The notes below the pieces were generated by a model that worked only from the letters and a program-made list of their open reading frames with translations, was not told the origin of the DNA and did not search any database. A stretch of 64,000 bases of DNA, taken from positions 1 through 64,000 of IMG/VR virus record IMGVR_UViG_3300028829_005735; one strand, 5' to 3'. The first letter of the stretch is position 1. Each line of letters begins with the position of its first letter. This stretch comes from a virus. Positions 27,371-40,100 of this stretch are shown here, in pieces. The position numbers were made by a program, and so were the translations under genes.

Positions 27371-30300
27371 TTACCTCATACGTTTACCAGCTTCAAATCG
27401 TTCCTCGGCTCCTGTAGGGTTAAGCATCTTATTGTTGAATCCATGGAATCTAAACATCCATCTAAAATAATTACCACCTATATCACCAAAGGGGCTTTCA
27501 TATTTGTAATCAGGTTGTTCAAAGAAATATGGACCACCTACTTGAGAAGGTGATGTTGGAGACTCACCCGACATCATATCTATAAGGCTGGTTCCGTAAT
27601 CAAATACTTGACTTAAAGCAATACTTTGAGAAGTAGTTTGACCAATAACATCTTTAACTCCTGACCAACTTCCTAGCCAATTAACAGAGTTATACTCATC
27701 GTTTAATTTAGCAGTAACCATACTTAAATGATTCAGCATAAATCCTTTAAAGTGAAAGTCATGATAATCTTGGTCTGCGTATAGCCCCAATCCTTCTTGT
27801 GTTTCTGGATCACCGTCTTGGTCGTAAGCACCAAACAGCCCTTCATCATACCATCCAGAACGATCGTGCATTGCCATAAAATCTGTCTTTTCTATCCCGT
27901 CATCGTCTGTAAAATGAGGAGTTAATAACCTCCACAAAGACTTTAATAAGTATCCTATTAGAAGCTGAAAGGCTACATATCCCATCCCTTTTAATTCAGA
28001 TTTACTTAGGTACATTAATGAGTTTTGTCCTTTAGCAGCAGATGCAAAAAAGTCACGTAATACCATAGCAGTACCAACCCAATGTCCCCACTCGGCTTCT
28101 CCTGTTGACCAATTCATACGTTTTCTCATAGAAGGTAACCAGCTATGTCTACTCATTCCTAATCCAAATGAAAACTGTTTCGAAGCAATTGGAATAACGT
28201 GCTTCTTTAGGAATAGTAATTGTTTTGCTATAACCCATCGTCCTACTAATGCCTGGTCTTTTTTGGCAAAGGCACCGTTCCACTTCATAATAACATTTTG
28301 CATATGTAATTTTTGCTCGGTAAACCCTTCACCCAAGGACGGATTACCATCTTTGTCGTATGTAACGGCATAATTTTCTTCAACACCTTCTTTAGTTTGA
28401 ATACGACCATCAACTAATTCAAATGCTTTAATGTATGGAATCTCTTTAGTGTTACCTGCACTATCTGTAATTTTAACTTTCTTTTCATACATCATTCCAC
28501 CAAAATTCTGAAGAGCTCCTTGCATTTCTAACCACTTCCTTACCTTTTGAGGATTTTTATTATCTAAAACATCTCCTATATAAGTACGAGATAGTTGATC
28601 ACCCATTGTTTCCATTGCTCTACCAGAAATAGCATCGAATAATGTGAATATTTGCTCATCCAAAGACTTATGACCTTTTCTACGGATATCACGGCTTACC
28701 TTGAATGCAGTTTGTGTTGCCCATTTTTCACCAAGTACATAATTTTTATACGACATTTCTTGTCCAGCAAGAACATGAGTGAGAGATGTAATTTTCATTT
28801 GCCCAAAGTTGATAACACCTGACGATAAGTTCCAATTGAAATTCATTTTAGAAGAACGTTTTACCATAGAGTCTAAAGCTCTATGCACCAAACGAGCTTG
28901 AGAACCAGTTCCTGTTAATGTGATACCGTCTAAGTCACGTTCTATTAAAGCTTCAAGAATTTTATCTCTTTTGCTTCTACCTTCTTTCCTTTTATGCTTT
29001 ACATAACTCTCGTCTAAATTATCATAATTAGAATCTTGTTTACGATTGCTTTTTTGTTGAGTAATGAAGTTACGTTTATCAATTTCAACTTTTCCAACTT
29101 CATCCTGCATCATTCTAGCATAGCTGTTTGCTTCTTTCAATCCTTTTTTATGGTTTAATGAAGCAATGTATTCAGGAATGGTTTTAAGAAAATCTGTAGA
29201 TACGTCATCGATATGCATACGTTCTCCTCTTGCGTTTTCAGAAACACCAATTACTGGCATTTTAACACCAGTGTTTATTAATGAATAAGACTTAAGATGC
29301 TCCGAATCTTGTTTCAATTCATCTCTAGTTTCATCATTTCCTTTGTAATCAAACACATCATCTTCGGCTCCCATGAATGCTTCACGAGTACGTCTTGTAA
29401 ACTTCATTACGTTTCCTGTAACAACATTTTCAAGCCTAGTCTTTCTGGTTCTAGGAAAAGTCAACCACATCTTATCATTATTCTCACCAACTTCCTGACC
29501 TTTTATATATTCACGTTTTACATTTTCCATGAATTCAAAAGTCTTTGGGTCATTTTCTTTAAGTTGATAATACTTTTCATTTCTATAAGTATTACCCGGT
29601 TCTTCTTTAGGTAGCCACTTACCTCTATTATCTACTGTTTCACCAATTACTTTTTTGGTTTCATACTTTTCTTTTACAACACGAGTAAAAAATTCTGCTG
29701 AAGGAATTCTATATTGGTCATCAATTTTAATAAGATCTAATTTTTTACGATTGCCATCCTTGTCTTTTGGAGACATTAATCGTTTAGTACGATAATCATA
29801 TGGGTTTTTAGACATATTGACCAACCATAATTTTGTAGGAGTAAGTACCCCATCTTTCTCATAATGGTTTTGCTCAACAAACTTTTTAAAATTATCATCG
29901 GTTTTAACGGCCTCTTGACCTTGAGCACTCTGAACAAATGCAGTAAAATCATTATTGTATGCCTCCTCCATAGAGGTAAACTCATGCCCTTGGTTTTCAA
30001 TAAATTCTTGAAATAAGGTTCTTAGTTTTGGAGTATTTAATAATGTAATTATAGTATTCTTATAGTAATCCGTAGGAATATTATCTTGACTTAGGATAGC
30101 ATCTATTTCCGACAATCTTGCTAGTGTAACCGAATTTAATCCAAGACGTTCTGAAGTTTCTGTTTTTTCTTTAACCAGTTTGTTATACTCTTGTTCATTA
30201 GAATTGTCTTTCCATACTCCACCATCGTCATTATAAATTTGTCGTAGTTCGTCAAAACGAGCTTTGTTAGCTTTGCTAAGACCACTACGCGTGATCATGT

Positions 30301-33127
30301 CCTGACGTTTCTTTTCAACTTCAATATGAGCATCTAATACAGCTTTTCTAGATTTGGCAGTTGCTTCATTACCATCTGGCTGATTACCATTATCTTTTAC
30401 TTGATTTGACTGCTCGTTAATTAATGTTTGTTCCTGAGTGTCATCGAATATTTTTTTGTTTTCTTCATTAAGTAACTTAAGAAGTTCTTCCTTTTCGGCA
30501 ATTAACTTTTCTCGTTGTGTATAAACAGAGTTTTTAAGAACAGTTCTTGTATTACGATCCAACCACTCTGCCATTTTTTCATTATAAGCAGGCTCTCCCA
30601 TCTTAGAACCATTAGCTATAACGTATTCACTATACTCATCGTAGGCATCTTGAAAAGCACCTGGTATTTCATCTTCTATAAAATATTCAGCCCGTGCTTG
30701 AGTATACTCTTGAAGTCGTTCTGCAACTGCCAAATCCATTCCTGTCTTTTTATTTCCGAATAAATCAGTAGTTGAACGAAGTTGCTTTAAGTCATGTTTA
30801 AGACCATCTATAATTTCATTATGCCTTCCGTCAGAATTATCTTCTTGAAGCTTATTCATTTCATCAAATATAGCTTCTCTACGTTCACCAGCTTCATATC
30901 CTATATCATCCTTCATAAGAAGATCGTTGGCAGCATAATAACCGGCATCGAAATCCTGATTCATATAGACATTTTTCCATTTCTGATAATCATGTTTAGC
31001 TTCTTTCCAGAGCTTTTTACTAGCATCTGTCCCATCGGCATCAAATGCCTTTTTAGCTTCTTCGATTTTATGTTTATGAACCGTCTGGTCATATCTATAA
31101 TTTTTCCAAGGATTAAGGAATACAATTTCTTCACGTTCTACAATAGCTCCATTCTCAATAGTAGCTATCCTATCTCTAAAAGATTGCTTTAAACCTATAC
31201 CTCCTCTTTTTTGACCAGAAAAAATATGTATGTTCGGACTAACGACCGTAATAAAATTAGCCATCCAGGACTGAGCATTTGTTTCGTACATGTTAGTCAT
31301 CATCTGAATGTGCTTATAAACACTTTCGATAGCTGGATCGGTATTATTAGATAAAGATTCTAAAAATCCATTAGACCAATTGGCATCTTGTGCAGAGCCA
31401 TCTAGTATAGCATCGGCTTTAGATTCGTCAAACTCCAATCCGGTTAACCATAGTTCGTGAAGCCTATTATAATCATCAGATTTAATTCCTTTAGCTTTAA
31501 GTTCTTTATATTGTTTGTATTCAGCCTCAGTCATTGAATGAAAACGCTTGTATGCGGCATCCCTAATCTTTTGAGGAGCCCCTTTCTTAGGACCATCCAT
31601 TTCAGCATTAAATTTATCCAAAGCATCTTTTGCCATCGGAGCAGTTAACTCAACAAAAATATCACGAACGGATTCTTTTTGAATCCTAGCAATTTCATTT
31701 TGCATTTCTGTCAAGTTATTTTTTAAATCTTGAGATAATTTACTAACTGGATTTCTAATAGGTTCTCCTTGGGCATCTAACTTTAATTTACCATCTTCTA
31801 TTACATAAGCCTCTTCCCTAGAGCCTATTCTATTGAAATCATTAATTACCTCTTGATAATTAAGCATATGACGTTTAAAGTAAATAAGCCTATCAAGTTT
31901 TTCACGACTGTTTAATTTATCAATAGCTTTTACTTTTTTATTTCCTTCTGTAAGAATATCATTTACTTTATATAAGGCATGCATCATGTTGCCCATTCGT
32001 TCATGGATCACATCATTCAACTCTGTAAAAGTACCGTCATCTTTTTTTGAAAAGTATTCAATGATTTCATTTTTAGATAAGGATGGATTTTTTTCTTTAA
32101 GAGCTTCGATTTCTTGCATATACCGGAACTCCAATTCGTCTGCAAAAATACCATTCAAACTAAGCATTATATCTCCTGCCTTCTCACTATTTAGTATATC
32201 GGCTTTTTGTTCTGCTACAGCAGAGAATATTTTACCCATAGTACCAAACATAATACCCATCTCCTTTTTATTGTTAGGGGAAATAGTATCAAAACTTTCA
32301 ATAAACTTTTCTTTATCTTTGAAATATTCAATTACATCTGAACTTGTAATCATTTCCTTTTGGAGTTCCAGAACATCCCCCTTTGCAACCATCTCTGCGA
32401 GTCCTTTAAGGGTAGTGTCAGCTTGTAGTTTTCCAACATTCACTTTTCTACCAAGTAGCTTCCTTAATATTTGCTTGATTTGGTACATTAATTTATCAAA
32501 CCAATTTTTAAGTTTTGGAGATAACTCCTCCATTTCAACCAATCTTGTAAGAGCACGTACTAAAACTTCTTCTTGTATCGATTCTGGAGCATCTTGATAC
32601 ATTTCATTTACATCATCTATAATATCTTGAAAGCTTCCGTCAGCTAGTAACTCATTGTATAGTTTATCACGTATTTCTTTTGGTAAAGATTTTATTATAG
32701 GGTGTGAGAATTCATGTACTACAGATTCGGGAGTAAGTTTTCCTTCTATAAAATATACTATACCATCTGCAAAGAATGCATTTTCTCCTGAATATTTTTT
32801 TTGTTTATCGGCATGAATTTTTTCTGCAACTTCTTCAGTAATTACTTGAGCTTCAACATTCATAGATTTTGATAATTGGAACAACCAATTTTCTGCAGTT
32901 CTGTTATCAAAACTTTTTGCTTCATCTTTAAACGTATCTCTTTGAGAATTAAATTCATAATACTTATCGTTTGTTTCGTCATTAATTAAATCTAATTTAT
33001 AACGAATTGCTCTTGGAGAACGAAGTACTCCGTATTGCAAAAAGTCTCTGTTTATTTCGAATAAATTAATATCAAGATCTGTATAATCTTTTAATTCTTC
33101 TTGAGAAATATTTAAACAACTGCTCAT
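27371..33127 (-). CDS. giant virion cargo/ejection protein with N-terminal zincin-like domain
   Basis: 1918 aa; VVHEFSH..EEVLVRAL..WFDKLMYQIKQILRKLLG (MPTase-like); coiled coil; C-terminal hydrophobic helices. Confidence 0.8.
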   Translation of the reverse strand: MSSCLNISQEELKDYTDLDINLFEINRDFLQYGVLRSPRAIRYKLDLINDETNDKYYEFNSQRDTFKDEAKSFDNRTAENWLFQLSKSMNVEAQVITEEVAEKIHADKQKKYSGENAFFADGIVYFIEGKLTPESVVHEFSHPIIKSLPKEIRDKLYNELLADGSFQDIIDDVNEMYQDAPESIQEEVLVRALTRLVEMEELSPKLKNWFDKLMYQIKQILRKLLGRKVNVGKLQADTTLKGLAEMVAKGDVLELQKEMITSSDVIEYFKDKEKFIESFDTISPNNKKEMGIMFGTMGKIFSAVAEQKADILNSEKAGDIMLSLNGIFADELEFRYMQEIEALKEKNPSLSKNEIIEYFSKKDDGTFTELNDVIHERMGNMMHALYKVNDILTEGNKKVKAIDKLNSREKLDRLIYFKRHMLNYQEVINDFNRIGSREEAYVIEDGKLKLDAQGEPIRNPVSKLSQDLKNNLTEMQNEIARIQKESVRDIFVELTAPMAKDALDKFNAEMDGPKKGAPQKIRDAAYKRFHSMTEAEYKQYKELKAKGIKSDDYNRLHELWLTGLEFDESKADAILDGSAQDANWSNGFLESLSNNTDPAIESVYKHIQMMTNMYETNAQSWMANFITVVSPNIHIFSGQKRGGIGLKQSFRDRIATIENGAIVEREEIVFLNPWKNYRYDQTVHKHKIEEAKKAFDADGTDASKKLWKEAKHDYQKWKNVYMNQDFDAGYYAANDLLMKDDIGYEAGERREAIFDEMNKLQEDNSDGRHNEIIDGLKHDLKQLRSTTDLFGNKKTGMDLAVAERLQEYTQARAEYFIEDEIPGAFQDAYDEYSEYVIANGSKMGEPAYNEKMAEWLDRNTRTVLKNSVYTQREKLIAEKEELLKLLNEENKKIFDDTQEQTLINEQSNQVKDNGNQPDGNEATAKSRKAVLDAHIEVEKKRQDMITRSGLSKANKARFDELRQIYNDDGGVWKDNSNEQEYNKLVKEKTETSERLGLNSVTLARLSEIDAILSQDNIPTDYYKNTIITLLNTPKLRTLFQEFIENQGHEFTSMEEAYNNDFTAFVQSAQGQEAVKTDDNFKKFVEQNHYEKDGVLTPTKLWLVNMSKNPYDYRTKRLMSPKDKDGNRKKLDLIKIDDQYRIPSAEFFTRVVKEKYETKKVIGETVDNRGKWLPKEEPGNTYRNEKYYQLKENDPKTFEFMENVKREYIKGQEVGENNDKMWLTFPRTRKTRLENVVTGNVMKFTRRTREAFMGAEDDVFDYKGNDETRDELKQDSEHLKSYSLINTGVKMPVIGVSENARGERMHIDDVSTDFLKTIPEYIASLNHKKGLKEANSYARMMQDEVGKVEIDKRNFITQQKSNRKQDSNYDNLDESYVKHKRKEGRSKRDKILEALIERDLDGITLTGTGSQARLVHRALDSMVKRSSKMNFNWNLSSGVINFGQMKITSLTHVLAGQEMSYKNYVLGEKWATQTAFKVSRDIRRKGHKSLDEQIFTLFDAISGRAMETMGDQLSRTYIGDVLDNKNPQKVRKWLEMQGALQNFGGMMYEKKVKITDSAGNTKEIPYIKAFELVDGRIQTKEGVEENYAVTYDKDGNPSLGEGFTEQKLHMQNVIMKWNGAFAKKDQALVGRWVIAKQLLFLKKHVIPIASKQFSFGLGMSRHSWLPSMRKRMNWSTGEAEWGHWVGTAMVLRDFFASAAKGQNSLMYLSKSELKGMGYVAFQLLIGYLLKSLWRLLTPHFTDDDGIEKTDFMAMHDRSGWYDEGLFGAYDQDGDPETQEGLGLYADQDYHDFHFKGFMLNHLSMVTAKLNDEYNSVNWLGSWSGVKDVIGQTTSQSIALSQVFDYGTSLIDMMSGESPTSPSQVGGPYFFEQPDYKYESPFGDIGGNYFRWMFRFHGFNNKMLNPTGAEERFEAGKRMR

Positions 33128-33129
33128 AT

Positions 33130-34101
33130 CTATTTACATTTATTTACTTGTTCATTCACATCACGATCGGAAACAAAAATATCAGTTTTTAATCCTTCAC
33201 CATAAAGAAGTCCATTAAATATTTTTATTGCTCCATCTCTATCTTTTTCAAGCATTTCATTCACTTGCTCCAGAGTATATGCATTTAATATTGTTTTAGC
33301 TTCTTCAGCATTATATTTTTCTTTTGTTTCTAAGGCTGTTTTAACTGGTTTCGTAGACGTTTGCTTAATTGCCGTCGGTCCTTTTGGCTTAAGCATTTCA
33401 CCAGTACTTACTTCTGTTTCTACAAATTCCCGTTGATTAAATTTAATCATTTGGAGCTCACCGTTAGAGTTGTACACTTCCATTCCTTTAAGTCCTTTCG
33501 ATTGTACAAAATCGTAAAACTTTTTTTGATGTTTTAAATTATCAAAGCTTGCAGAATTGATATTAAATTCATAGCCCGTCTCAAATTTGAATTCTTTAAC
33601 CAAATTATTATATAAATTTGAGTCTTCTTTTTGGTTTACGAAACCTTCATTTGAAATTTGAACTTTTTTATTCTTATTAACCGATTCGGATTTGCTTTCG
33701 GTATAATGATTAACATCTTCATTATAGTGTCTAAATCCTATATCCAAAACTCTATTTATAGGTTCTCTATTTAATACATCTTCAACTTGTTGTTCTTCTT
33801 TTTCAGTTTTGTCCTTATGTAGTTCATCTAATTTTTCAAATAGTTCTTCTACAGGAACTGCACGAGTTACATTTTGAATCCTAGATGTAGCATAATTTTT
33901 ATCAACAACTTTATGAGATGTTGTTTCAGCACGAAATAGCATTCTGCCTCCTGTGTTTAATCCATATTTTACAACAGCCATTCCGGTAACAAGTCTATTA
34001 CCTTTGTCGAAGGTTTCGTAATCTAAAATGATACGTGTTTCATCTATAATCTTCTCCCTTTTTAAATAGTCAAGGCTATTTTGTTTAGTATCACATCCCA
34101 T
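33130..34101 (-). CDS. hypothetical virion-associated protein
   Basis: 323-aa ORF between cargo genes. Confidence 0.75.
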   Translation of the reverse strand: MGCDTKQNSLDYLKREKIIDETRIILDYETFDKGNRLVTGMAVVKYGLNTGGRMLFRAETTSHKVVDKNYATSRIQNVTRAVPVEELFEKLDELHKDKTEKEEQQVEDVLNREPINRVLDIGFRHYNEDVNHYTESKSESVNKNKKVQISNEGFVNQKEDSNLYNNLVKEFKFETGYEFNINSASFDNLKHQKKFYDFVQSKGLKGMEVYNSNGELQMIKFNQREFVETEVSTGEMLKPKGPTAIKQTSTKPVKTALETKEKYNAEEAKTILNAYTLEQVNEMLEKDRDGAIKIFNGLLYGEGLKTDIFVSDRDVNEQVNKCK

Positions 34102-34105
34102 TTGA

Positions 34106-37100
34106 TTATGTTTTACAGGTTATTGGATCCTCACCAGTATAATTATCTATTTCGATTTTCATTAAAGCATTAACACTTGCTCTTGCTTCAATAGCTATCT
34201 TGTCTTCCGTCATTAAATCTTTACCTTGGGCCCAATATACATCTTTATCATTATTATCTATATGGTCTTGTTCATGTAAGATTAAGAATATATCTGCACG
34301 TTCTGGAGTCGTAAGTAATTCTTTAATTTTAGACATTCCGTATCCTTGTTTTTCCATTTCCTTTAAGACTTCTTGCTTCTGTTGAGAAGTAGCTCCACCT
34401 TCTTTACCTTCCATGTAATCAAATAGCTCTTTTACATTCTTTACAGGATTAATTTTAATCGTAGTACCATTAGTACTTGCGAATCGTTTAGAACCATCTT
34501 TATTAGAAAGGCCGGTATCAATTTTGTATGAAGGTAATTCTATAGAAATATTTTCCATAGACGTAACTGGACCATTATATTCAGCTCTTGCCTCGAGTAA
34601 TGCACGACCGAAGTTCTTTTCAAAAGCTGAACGACCTGTGCCTAAAGTCAATAAACTTTTTCCAGACTTTTCTAATTCCGATTTGAATTTTGGATTAGTT
34701 TCTGCAACCTGAATGAGAGTCTTTAATATAGTATCTATTTCGTTATACTTAGATTTATCAGCTCCTAATTTAATTCCTGATATTAAATTAACCCAGTCAG
34801 CTTCGGTATATTTAGTACCATTTTTTTCGATCTTTTCTTTTAATATTAATCGAGTATTTTTATCACTAAGTAGTGATTTTTTAGCTGCTAAATAATGAAA
34901 GATATTTGTATAAGGTTTTGTTCCTATTGATAGATTTACTTTTAAGTCTTTCATAGGTGTCGTAAACCTATCGTTTACATTTGCTTCACCACCGATAGTA
35001 GAATATAATCTTTCTGGTGTAACCTCATTAGCCTTAGAGTATTGCATGTACACACCATTTTTCGTAACAATCTTATGCTCTTTTAAACCTTTCTCTTTTT
35101 TAAGGAACTTTCGAGTCATTGAATCAATTCCACTATTCATACCTACATTAAACACTTCGGCTCCTTGTTCGATAGCATCGTTGATGCTTGTTTTGTAAGA
35201 TTCAAAAGTTCTTTCTAGAGTTTTTTGATATGCAGCTTCATTATTTTTACCACCTGTAGCAAAATCATTCATAGTTTCACCTGTAACCCATACAGGTTCA
35301 TCCTTACTATATTCCTCAGTAAGAGCGTTTGTGTAATTCGTATTTATAAAACTAAAGTATTTATTAATCTTGCTATACTCTTTATAATTTTTAACCGGGA
35401 AGTTTCCTACTTTATGGATAATCACTTTATCACTAGCGTTTGCCATCTCCATGTCCATCACTGGAATTTTACCAGGATATGAATTTAAACTTAACGGCCT
35501 CATGTCTAGTTCTCTAAATGTATTTCCAAAATAAGCATCGCTTTCAAATTGAGCTCCTCTATTTTTACTCATTAAAAATAGTTTGAAATGACTTGCCTCT
35601 CCTTTATAGAATTGTGTTTGAAAATCTTGTAATAAAGGATAGCTTGATTCAGTATCATTTTCCAAAGCATTAAAATGAGAAAGAATATCATTCTTTATAG
35701 GGCTCACTATTTTATCTACATGGTTCTGATCAATCACTCCTGTCATTACATATTTCCCATAACTTTTAACTCCACTTTGCAGTACGGCAAATCTGTCAAA
35801 CATTCTAAAGAATTCTTTTATTTCTGGTTGTGGATGTTCCTTGAGAATAGCTAAATTCTCTTCGTATATATCTTTATACCCTTCTTCTTTTTGATTTATT
35901 AAGTATAAGTTTTCTCTATGATACTTTGATGTGTCGGGAGTCAAATCGTTTACTAAAGTAAATTGCCCTGCCAATGTTGGGAATTTTTCCTTAAGCTCTT
36001 GTAATCTTTTAGAATAAGTATGATCACCCTCAAATAATTGTTCGGAATTTCCAGATTTAATTATAGCTTCTGCATCTGAATATTCATCTTTTAAATCTTT
36101 TGTTGGATCTAAGGCTACAGCTTTTTCTGCCATCTTGTATGATAAAGTATCCTTAACCTTGTCTAAATCCAGATCCTTTTCAGCTATATATTTTTCAATA
36201 TAGAATTTTTTAACCGAATTGCTATTCCCCAAAGGCCATCCTGCAACTCTACCTTCAACAAAAGGTTTACTAAAAAAGAACTTCCCATCTTCTACTCGGT
36301 ATTCTTCATTTTCCCCAGGGTTCTCTAATTCAAAAATAGTATACCCTCGATAAACATTATTTTCTATACGAGTACTTTCGTTTTGGTATAGATATGAAAT
36401 GAATTCTTCTGAAAAATCTTTTTCGTTTTCTACCTTGGTTCTTCCTTTTTGAAACCTACCTTTAATACCTTCATTAGCAGTCTTGCTAATAACCTTATGT
36501 GTTTTTAAACTAAAGAATTGTCCCCATAGTTCAAGTTGTAATTCATTAGTGTTAAACATTCCTATAGGACTATCCTTCAACATTCGGTCTTTAATGTTTT
36601 CGGGCAAAGCTTTATTTTCATGAAGAGTATCGAATTTTTCCTGCATATTACGTACTTCTGCAAGGCTAGCTGATGTAGCCGTATCAAACTTTGTAGCCAT
36701 TGTTAAGTTTGTAATCTGCTTTGCTGTTTGCTCATAGGATACAAATTGAAGTAGTGCTTGGAGTTCCTGGTCTTTCTCGTGAGCATTTCTTTCTTTGCCC
36801 ATATTTTTTATTAACTTCTCGATCGTACCGTTCTTTTTTATCTCTAATGGATTACTGAAGTTTCTACTTTCTCCATATACTTGCTCGATGTTATTTAATT
36901 CTTCCTGTCCATTATTAACAAGCACTTCGTTTAATGCATCTATGTCATTATGGAACTGTATTAAATCAAAAGTTTCACTATTGGTTTGGTCTAGTTCACT
37001 AAGTCCATAGAATGCACTGTTCATCTTTCTTTTTGTTTGGATGTACTCGCGTACCAATTTTGAAGATGAAAGCATTACAGCTTGTCTGAAGTCAACTCCG

Positions 37101-40100
37101 GCCATCAATAAGAACTCTAGTGTAGGAACTACCTCTTTATTACCTTGAATATTAAATATCCATGCATCTTTAGCAACATCTACCCATCCGTTAATAAGCT
37201 GACCTAATAAATCGGAAACTCTTTCTCCAGAAACATTTTCTGTTTTTGATAAATCTATCACTTTTTGAACTTTACCATTTACTTCTTCCATTCTAGTATT
37301 GTGGTCAAGTTGTATTCTATAATCGATATGTTCATCGACAGATTTGTGTTCAGAAGGAGATAATTCTCTAACCTCATTATCTCTATCTGATACCAGCTTA
37401 TCGAATTCCGTATGAGTTAATCCGTTTGTTGGATTAAGGTACATATCTATTGACTGGAATATAGATGCAAACTTAGATCCAATTGCTCCTACACCTAACG
37501 TATCCATACCAACAGCATTTTCTAATTGTTTGTTAATATTATACATAGGATCAAATATCTGAGTAGGAGATATCTGCTTCTCGTTATTCTTATTATATGT
37601 CTGTGTGCCGTTTACTCGATCATATTTTTTGTAGTCTGTTGCAAATTCTGATAATTCTTTAGCAAGAGGCTCAACCATATCGTTTGTATTCGGTTTAACT
37701 AATTCCGGATAAACAGTCTCCATGCTCAATCGTCTAGCAATTAAATCAATCAATTCGTTTTCCAATCCCTTTACAGATGCTCCACTAATTTCACGTTTGT
37801 AATCATTAATTTCATTTTGATATGAATTTTGCTTTTCTTTAAGAGGATTAATTTTATTCCAAATTTCTCTTTTTTCTTGAGTAAGCATATCGTTATCTGC
37901 AGCATCTTCAAACTCACCATCTACTTCTTCATAATAATTAGCTTGTTCTTCAACTAAGGCCTCGATTTCTTTTTCAACATGCTCTGCTCTGAGTTTACTT
38001 AAAGCATCTGTATTGTTTGCTAAGTCTTCACGTTCTGTATATAAAGATTCTAACTTTTTACCTATCTGAATAAGCTCTTTTGTTTCAGTAAGATCTGTAT
38101 ATAAGTCTGAAAGTTCATCGTTTGTTTTTTTGAGTTTCTTAGTTGTCTCTTTAATTTTATTTTTTACACCTTGGACATCAGTATTAATAGTAGTGTATTT
38201 TACAAGTTCTACCTTTCCATCGTATATGTCAATATTAGGGAACATTGTAAATAATTTATCAACGTCGAAATCCGAACCTGCTTTTGCTACAATTTCTGAA
38301 GGAACAATCATAATGTTGCCAGAGTTCTTAGGAAGGAATTCAGCAACTTCCATAAACTCAAGTGAGTTCATAGCTTGTGATGGGATACGAGGAGCTACAG
38401 CTCGGAGCGCATCTCTATTTTCATTAAGCCAGTTTTCATCTTTGATTGTTTCATTTAATCTTTCTAATGATAATTCATAATCCAACTCCTTAGTTGTAGT
38501 TCCGTCGGCATTTTTACGAGTAGTATACTTTGCTATCCTTTTACCGTCTTTACCATTGATGTAAAGTAGTTTTTCAAAGTTACCTTGTAAAGAAATTTTA
38601 ACTTGCATACCTACAGTCTTACCATCTTTATTATGATAACTTCTTAAGCCGTTTGTTCCTGAATTTTTATCTCCCTTAATCTGAGTGGTACCCTTCTTCT
38701 CACTCATTGTAGATGCTACTTGAATAAGTCCCTCACCATTAACCTTTATTTTGGTAAGACGTTTATCAATAAGAGATACAAGTAATTTCTCAACTTGGTC
38801 AGCAGTAAGTGCTGTTGACAAATCCGATTTTAAATTTCCACCGTCAAATAAGAATTCTATTTGACGTTCAGTATAATCCTTAGATGTGAATTCTCTACGG
38901 ATCATATTCACAAGTTTCGAAGAATCCTGTATGAGTGACTTCACATCTTTAATCCCTAATTCGTTGTATAATTCCTGTTCTTTATACTTACGAATTTCAT
39001 TAAGGTTCTTTAAGTAATCCTTATGCCATTGCTCATGCTCTTTGGATAAATAGTTTCCATCTTTATCTTTCAAATCCGACACAAGGATACTTCTCATTTG
39101 AGTTGGAAGAGTAACCTTTCCTTTGTACTTATTGTGAATCTTTAATTGATTTTTCAAGTACTTTGCAAAGATTACATTCTTTTCGAAAACCAAATCCTCA
39201 TTAAGACTTCTATCTTTATTGTAGTACTGGTCAGAGCCAGATTCGTTCTTAGATAATGTAGACAGTTTAGAACCAGACTTGAACGTAACGTAATCTAGCC
39301 CTTGCTCCATCATTTTTTGACTGAGACTTTCAAGTTTTGTCCCCTTAATCATTCCTGGAATAAGAGGAACTAAATTAAACTTATGATTTGCTTGTTGCCT
39401 TAATGGGGCGTCTGTATCCAACGGTCCAAAGGATTGTAATTTCATTGAAGGAAAGAACTCTGTGAATTCTGTTTGGTCATACTTTCCTGGTATAATATTA
39501 CCGTTTTCATCAGTAGCTCTATCAACAATATAGTTGTATTGTACTTCTTGTTCGGTAGTCCATATACCTTGAGCTATACTTAACAACCTATAACTATCGA
39601 ATCCGATAAACCCTTGGCCGTCACCCTCCTCCATCTCTTTGTAAGATTTTAAATCTACTCCCGGAAGTGCTTCTTGGATTTCATCTAGGTATTCTGATAT
39701 TGCTTTATGGTCAGCAATGACTCCTGTATTAATTCGACCGTCGTAATCTTTATGTTCGGACTTGCCACCTGTTACTTTGTTAGACCACCCTCGTGCTTTT
39801 ATTTGTCCATTTTCATCTTTGGAATTAATGAAATCCATAAAGGCTTGATCTGTTCTAAAGATGTCTCCAGTAGAGATATAACCTGCATTACGTTTATTGA
39901 AATCTTCTTTTTCTACATCAAATAATGCAGGATCTCCAAGGTGTAATGTCGTAAAGTCTAAATTATGAAGGAACTTGTTTCTTTGGAACATTCCAATCAT
40001 AATCTCTCTTATGGTATCTTCGTCGGCAGTTTCTGCTAATTCTTCTGGAAGTTCTCGTAAGATTGTATCCATTACACTGTCTGTAATAAATAATTCTGTT

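Noticed and set aside
31986-32597. 203-aa + strand ORF (also 48536-49081, 25271-25831 and other antisense ORFs)
   Set aside because: Ser/Phe/Ile-rich shadow frames fully inside strong genes on the opposite strand, with no motifs
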